A stretch of 64,000 nt of DNA from Myxococcota bacterium. GTDB lineage: Bacteria; Myxococcota_A; UBA9042; PHBI01; JAWLBL01. The notes beneath the pieces were generated by a model. It searched no databases, had not been told where the DNA came from, and saw only the letters and a list, made by a program, of their open reading frames with translations. Made by a program: the position numbers and the translations under genes. Where the stretch lies: contig JAWLBL010000004.1 of assembly GCA_041687695.1 (NCBI GenBank), positions 1-64,000 of the forward strand. The letters are read 5' to 3'. Below are positions 59,574 to 64,000 of this stretch, piece after piece (the first letter of the stretch is position 1; each line of letters starts with the position of its first letter).

Positions 59574-61472
59574 TCACCCCACCTGCGCGAGCAGGGCCGA
59601 GATGCGCGCGCGCAGCTTGGCGCTCTGGATGGGGCTCGCCAGCATCGCCTCGAGCGCCGGGACGAGCAGCGCGCCGTGCTCGGGCACGGTGGCGAAGGCG
59701 CCGAGGAGATCGCCGAAGGTCTTCTCCTCGAAGCCACCGAGGACGACGTGGGCGACGATGGCCTCGACGTCCTCGGCCGTGAGGCCGGCGGTGGTCATCG
59801 ACTGCAGGGTCTCGCGCCGGACGAGCGGGTGCGCGTCGCCGAGCAGGCTGCGGAGGGCGGCCCTGGCCTCGCCCGAGCCGAGCTTTCGGAGGGCGGCGGC
59901 GACCGCGGCGCGGACGTCGGGGTCGGGGTGGTCGATGCGGGCGAGCAGGGTGGGCAGGTGCTCGGGGAGGCCGGCGTTGCCGAGGCTGCGGAGGAGCTCG
60001 GCCGCTTCCGCGGGGGTCTCGGCGTCGTCGAGCCGAGCGAGCAGCGGCGCGAGCTCGCGCTGGGCGGCGTCCGCGTCCCCGGCGCGGTAGAGGGCGCCGG
60101 CCGTGGCGCCGAGGGTGTAGGCGGCGGCGTTCTTCACGTGCGGCGCGTCGGCGGTCTGCCAGGTCTCGCGCGCGAAGGCGACGGTCGCAGGCTCGGGGCG
60201 TGTGACGAGGGAGAGGCGCTGGACGTGCAGCAGGTAGGCAGGGTCGTCGCGGGAGATGTCGGCGCCGAGGATGGCGCGCAGGGCGGCCTGGGCCTCGGCG
60301 TGGCCGGCGCTGGCGAGGAGGTCGAGCACGAGGGCGCGGCCGCTGGAGGTGAGGTCGCCCGAGAGCGCGAGGTCGGCGAGGGCGTCCGCGAGGCTCGGGT
60401 CGAGCCGCAGGAGCCCGGTCGCGCGCCAGAGCCAGCGGGCGTGGTCGGGGGCGGTGCCGCCGGCGTAGCGGGCGAGGTCGGCGAGGAGCTGCGGGCCGGT
60501 GAGGCCGGCGGCGCGGTTCACGAGGAGCTGGTGCGCGGAGGCGCGCGGGGCGGCGGCGGCCTGGCGGCGCGGGCGGAGCGGCTGGAGGTCGCGGGCCGAG
60601 ACGCGGCGGCTGGGGACGGGCTCGACGCGGTCGAGGTGGAGGGCGAGGGTGCCGTCGTGCGCGAAGGCCTGGCGGCCGTCGGCGCCCTGGTGGCGGACGG
60701 ACTCGCTCCGGTCGAGGGCGCGGAGGAAGCCGCGGCGGTCGAGGACGACCTCGTCCTGGCCGGTGACGGTGAGGTCGGACGGGGCGGCGGACGGGGCGGC
60801 CGTGAGCGAGAGGTAGGCCTCGGTCGTGCGCGCGAGGGCGACGCGGGAGGCGTCGGCGGTCGCGAGGCGGGTCGCGACGCGGCGGCGGCCGAGGGAGGTG
60901 TCCTCTTCGGTGAGCCAGGCGTCGGCCGCGTCGCGCCCGTCGGGGACGACGACCTGGGCGTCGGCGAGCAGCGCGCTGGCGAGGTGCTGGAAGAGCGGTG
61001 TGGTCTCCTCGCGGAAGAGGACGCGGACGAGGCGGCCGTCGGCGGCGTACTCGGCGACGGCCTCGCCGGCGAGGAGGGTCCGCGCCGTGGCGAGGTCGGG
61101 GAAGAGGGGCTGGCCCAGGAGGTCGAAGCGGGGGGCGCCGGTCGGCTCGAGGCGCACGGCGACGCGGTGGACCGGGCCTTCGGCGCCGACGCCTTCGAGG
61201 CGGAGCCGGCCCTGGAGGTCGGCGCGGCCGGCGAGGGTGAGCCCGCCCGACGCGCGGGTGTCGGCGGTCAGGTGGAAGCGGTAGACGAGCCGCTCGCCCG
61301 CCGGGAAGGCCCAGCGGAACGGGGCGTCAGCGGCGGTGTGTGCGCCGGGGGCGGCCGGCGGGGCGACCGAAGCGCTCGGCTCCGGCGCCCCGCCGAGGGG
61401 GACGAGGTGGGACAGCAGGATGGCGGTGAGGGCGATGAGGCCCGCACCCGCGGAGAGCTTCACAAGGCGCAT
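59574..61472 (-). CDS. Exported HEAT-repeat protein with a vitellogenin/MTP N-terminal-like architecture
   Basis: N-terminal hydrophobic helix; beta-rich half (F..GERLVYRF, W...EDTSLG); helical half LDLLASAGHAEAQAAL, RPEP, AAAYTLG, LRSLGNAG.P, DVRAAVAAALR; GAGGAG RBS. The HEAT call is firm; the vitellogenin likeness is inferred. Confidence 0.7.
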   Translation of the reverse strand: MRLVKLSAGAGLIALTAILLSHLVPLGGAPEPSASVAPPAAPGAHTAADAPFRWAFPAGERLVYRFHLTADTRASGGLTLAGRADLQGRLRLEGVGAEGPVHRVAVRLEPTGAPRFDLLGQPLFPDLATARTLLAGEAVAEYAADGRLVRVLFREETTPLFQHLASALLADAQVVVPDGRDAADAWLTEEDTSLGRRRVATRLATADASRVALARTTEAYLSLTAAPSAAPSDLTVTGQDEVVLDRRGFLRALDRSESVRHQGADGRQAFAHDGTLALHLDRVEPVPSRRVSARDLQPLRPRRQAAAAPRASAHQLLVNRAAGLTGPQLLADLARYAGGTAPDHARWLWRATGLLRLDPSLADALADLALSGDLTSSGRALVLDLLASAGHAEAQAALRAILGADISRDDPAYLLHVQRLSLVTRPEPATVAFARETWQTADAPHVKNAAAYTLGATAGALYRAGDADAAQRELAPLLARLDDAETPAEAAELLRSLGNAGLPEHLPTLLARIDHPDPDVRAAVAAALRKLGSGEARAALRSLLGDAHPLVRRETLQSMTTAGLTAEDVEAIVAHVVLGGFEEKTFGDLLGAFATVPEHGALLVPALEAMLASPIQSAKLRARISALLAQVG

Positions 61473-61504
61473 CGTGTCGTCTCCTCGTCGTCGTCAGGGG
61501 AGGG

Positions 61505-64000
61505 TCAGCCGCAGTCCACGATGGTGCCGCAGGCGTCCTGGAGGACCTCGAGCGGCAGCCTGAAGCCGGCGTCGAAGAGAGCCCAGGAGCGCGTGAAGCC
61601 CGGCCACTGCACGAGGGTCTTCTCGACCTCGTTCCAGAGCGCCTCGGCGTACACCTTGATGTGCCCGGACAGCGTGCGGAGCTCGAGCCGCCCCGAGACG
61701 GAGGCGTCGAGCTCGTGGGTGCCCGTCGTCCCCGAGCGGCGCACGGTCACCCGGGCGTCGAGCGGGAGCGCCGCCTCGAGCAGCGTGAGGCGGCTCTTGA
61801 CGCCCACCTCGAGGACCAGGAAGTCGACGGCGGCCTCGGCGAAGCCTGCGATGCCCGCGAAGGGCTCGAACGCGCTGTCGAGCGTGAGCCTGACGGTCCC
61901 GCCCTGCGTCGTGCAGCGGCTGGCCTCGGCTTCGAGCGCGTAGCGCACCCCGACCTGGCCCGACAGGCCGCCGACGAGGCGCACCGGGACGCCGAGGATG
62001 GGGATGGTGGTGTTGAAGATCTCCTGGCGATGGGTCTCCGTCGGCTCGTCGGAGGCGCGGACGACGCTGAAGCTCGCCCCCTTGCTCCAGAGCTGCTTGT
62101 CGCCACCGGTGTAGACGTCGTCGCCGAACAGGCGGAAGCGCACCTTGGCCGAGCCGAGGCCGTCCATGTCGAGGTCGGCCGTCATCAACGGGTAGTCGTC
62201 GCCGAACGCGGTCACGTGCGCGTCGAACGAGGCCTCCGTCTCGATCTGCGTCTGGCAGATGTTGGCGGCGTAGCCCGACACGTTCCAGCGCGAGTCATAC
62301 CCGTACGACACGGCGAAGTAGTCGTTCCCTGCGCTCCGGGACTCTCCCGCGCTGCCGGCCGTCCGGAGGTCACCCGAGGCGCTGGTGCTCGCCGCGATGG
62401 CCTGCTTGATGTAGCTCTGCCACAGGCTCTTTCGCGTCGCCTCGCAGGCGATGAGCTGGTCGACCGTGACCGTGCTGACGCCGTAATCCCCGTCGGCGCA
62501 CCCGATGGGGCGCGACGTCGGCGGCCAGGCGAAGTGGACCTCTGCGAACGAGAACGACTCGCCCACCGGGAGGGTCGGCGTGATGCTCTCGACCATGGCG
62601 AGGCACTGGTCCCAGGCCTCCTCGCGCGACGCGATCATCTGCCCCATCACGGCCTCGGCGAACAGGCGCGGCGACCAGTCACACGGCCCCGGAGCCGTCC
62701 CGAGGCACCCCTCGGCGTCCGCCGTGAAGATGGCCTCCTCGACGGCGGCCACGGCGGCCTCGGCGTCGGCCTCGAGCTGCGCGCGCGCCGCCGGCTGGCA
62801 GTACCAGGCGCTGCAGGCCGACGGATAGCTGTAGCAGAAGGTGCTGGATGGGCAGAGGTCCGCCTTGTTGCGCAGCTCGACGAGGGGCTTGGCGACATCG
62901 ACGAGGCGCTCGAGCTCACGCTGCTGCTGATCGAAGTAGAGCAGGCGCTCGTCGAGCTCACCGGCCAGGAGCTCCGACATCTGCTTGTGCCAGGCCAGGT
63001 TCTTGGTCGTCCGGATGTCGAGGGCCGGCTGCAGGCGATCCCAACCATTCGGGCGATGCGTGACGCCTCCCCAGGGGGTCTCGACCAGCCGCGGCCTCTC
63101 CTCGAGCGCGTGCATCACGACGTCCGGAATCGCGAAGAACGCGTTCTTGGCCGTCCCGTACGTCGCCTGCTTCAGCTGCGGCGCCGCGGTCCCCCTCTTG
63201 GTGTAGAGCCCCGTGCCGTAGACCGTGCGGCTCGCCACCGAGTGCTTCAGGTACTTGCTGCCCCACGCGAGGTCGTAGATGGCCCGCCAGTCCTCGCCCA
63301 GGTTCCGCGCGCGGTACTCGAACTCGCTGTAATCGAAGTGCTTCTCGTAGCTGTACTCGGCGCAGTCCGCGACCCGGTAGAAGTTGCCGTACCACGGCTG
63401 GCGCGCCGCGGCGGACCCGACGATGGCCCAGAGCGACCCATCCCCGAGGGTCGACTCGGTCACGGCGCCGGCCGGCGTCTCGGTGAGGGCGTCGGCGGTC
63501 TCCCACGAGCCGTCGACCGGCGTGACCACCCCGCTGGCGTTCACCAGCGACGTCCGCAGCACCGGGCGCGTGCCGGACAGGTTCTGGAGCTGGGTCGCCC
63601 GGTCCTGCGCCATCGCCTCGAGGCCCACGTTGCACGTGTGCTGCGGGTCTCCGCTGGCCGCCGCGATGGCGGCCTCGCCGCAGGCCGAGTCGAGAAAGTC
63701 ACCGTCGGCGCACTCTCCGGCCGTGAGGCGCGCGCAGGCCCCGCACGACCCGGCGGCCCGCTGGGCGCACAGGCTGTCCCAGCGCGTGTTGCAGCAGAAC
63801 GGATCGGCCTGGCAGACACACGCCTGGACGGCCGCGTCGAGGCAGCCCGTGACGGTGGTCGCCTCCGAGCACGTGTACCCGCAGTAGCCGCCCGACCGCG
63901 CCGCGTTGGCGCAGATGCCGTCCCAGCGCGTGCTGCAGCAGTAGGCATCGGCCGCGCAGATCTCGGCCTCGGTGGTGGGGTTGGTGCAACCGGGCGCGTC
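61505..64000 (-). CDS. Large protein (5' end beyond the window) with Cys-rich CCxxxWDxxC repeats, a helical middle and a beta-sheet C-terminus
   Basis: The frame of ORF 61505-63628 stays open to 64000 and reads ICAADAYCCSTRWDGIC and VCQADPFCCNTRWDSLC; the C-terminus has TIPILGVPVRL...FEPFAGIAGFAEAAV...EVGVKSRLTL. Confidence 0.8.
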   Translation of the reverse strand, partial: DAPGCTNPTTEAEICAADAYCCSTRWDGICANAARSGGYCGYTCSEATTVTGCLDAAVQACVCQADPFCCNTRWDSLCAQRAAGSCGACARLTAGECADGDFLDSACGEAAIAAASGDPQHTCNVGLEAMAQDRATQLQNLSGTRPVLRTSLVNASGVVTPVDGSWETADALTETPAGAVTESTLGDGSLWAIVGSAAARQPWYGNFYRVADCAEYSYEKHFDYSEFEYRARNLGEDWRAIYDLAWGSKYLKHSVASRTVYGTGLYTKRGTAAPQLKQATYGTAKNAFFAIPDVVMHALEERPRLVETPWGGVTHRPNGWDRLQPALDIRTTKNLAWHKQMSELLAGELDERLLYFDQQQRELERLVDVAKPLVELRNKADLCPSSTFCYSYPSACSAWYCQPAARAQLEADAEAAVAAVEEAIFTADAEGCLGTAPGPCDWSPRLFAEAVMGQMIASREEAWDQCLAMVESITPTLPVGESFSFAEVHFAWPPTSRPIGCADGDYGVSTVTVDQLIACEATRKSLWQSYIKQAIAASTSASGDLRTAGSAGESRSAGNDYFAVSYGYDSRWNVSGYAANICQTQIETEASFDAHVTAFGDDYPLMTADLDMDGLGSAKVRFRLFGDDVYTGGDKQLWSKGASFSVVRASDEPTETHRQEIFNTTIPILGVPVRLVGGLSGQVGVRYALEAEASRCTTQGGTVRLTLDSAFEPFAGIAGFAEAAVDFLVLEVGVKSRLTLLEAALPLDARVTVRRSGTTGTHELDASVSGRLELRTLSGHIKVYAEALWNEVEKTLVQWPGFTRSWALFDAGFRLPLEVLQDACGTIVDCG

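Overview
A very GC-rich bacterial window that looks like a myxobacterium-type (Myxococcota) genome. This is inferred from a MYXO-CTERM-like tail, many Cys-rich lipoproteins and a Ser/Thr kinase-PEGA-FHA/sigma54-activator module. About 33 genes or gene remnants can be supported; most long ORFs in the track are antisense or off-frame shadows. From left to right: a truncated Cys-repeat/EGF lipoprotein; an orphan Imm70-like gene; a MYXO-CTERM Zn-phospholipase-C-like protein; a lipoprotein NirS with two c-type haem motifs; a TetR-MFP-(RND::TolC fusion)-membrane protein operon; SRPBCC, bile-acid:Na symporter and CASTOR/POLLUX-like channel genes; a degenerate SNase; DUF302 plus a flavoprotein disulfide reductase; Cys-rich and EGF/RCC1 lipoproteins; IS91- and IS256-like remnants; an AckA::PduL fusion; a sigma54 two-component system wrapped around a membrane-anchored deiodinase-like gene; two giant surface lipoproteins behind a sigma54 promoter; a kinase/PEGA/FHA-bEBP module whose activator lacks GAFTGA; and a vitellogenin/MTP-like HEAT protein with a beta-rich partner that runs off the right edge. 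Three sigma54 -24/-12 motifs, two TetR-operator-like palindromes and three small repeat families were found, one of which conserves a sigma70-like -35/17 bp/-10 spacing. No rRNA, tRNA or CRISPR array was seen. All family calls come from motif recognition by eye, not database searches.
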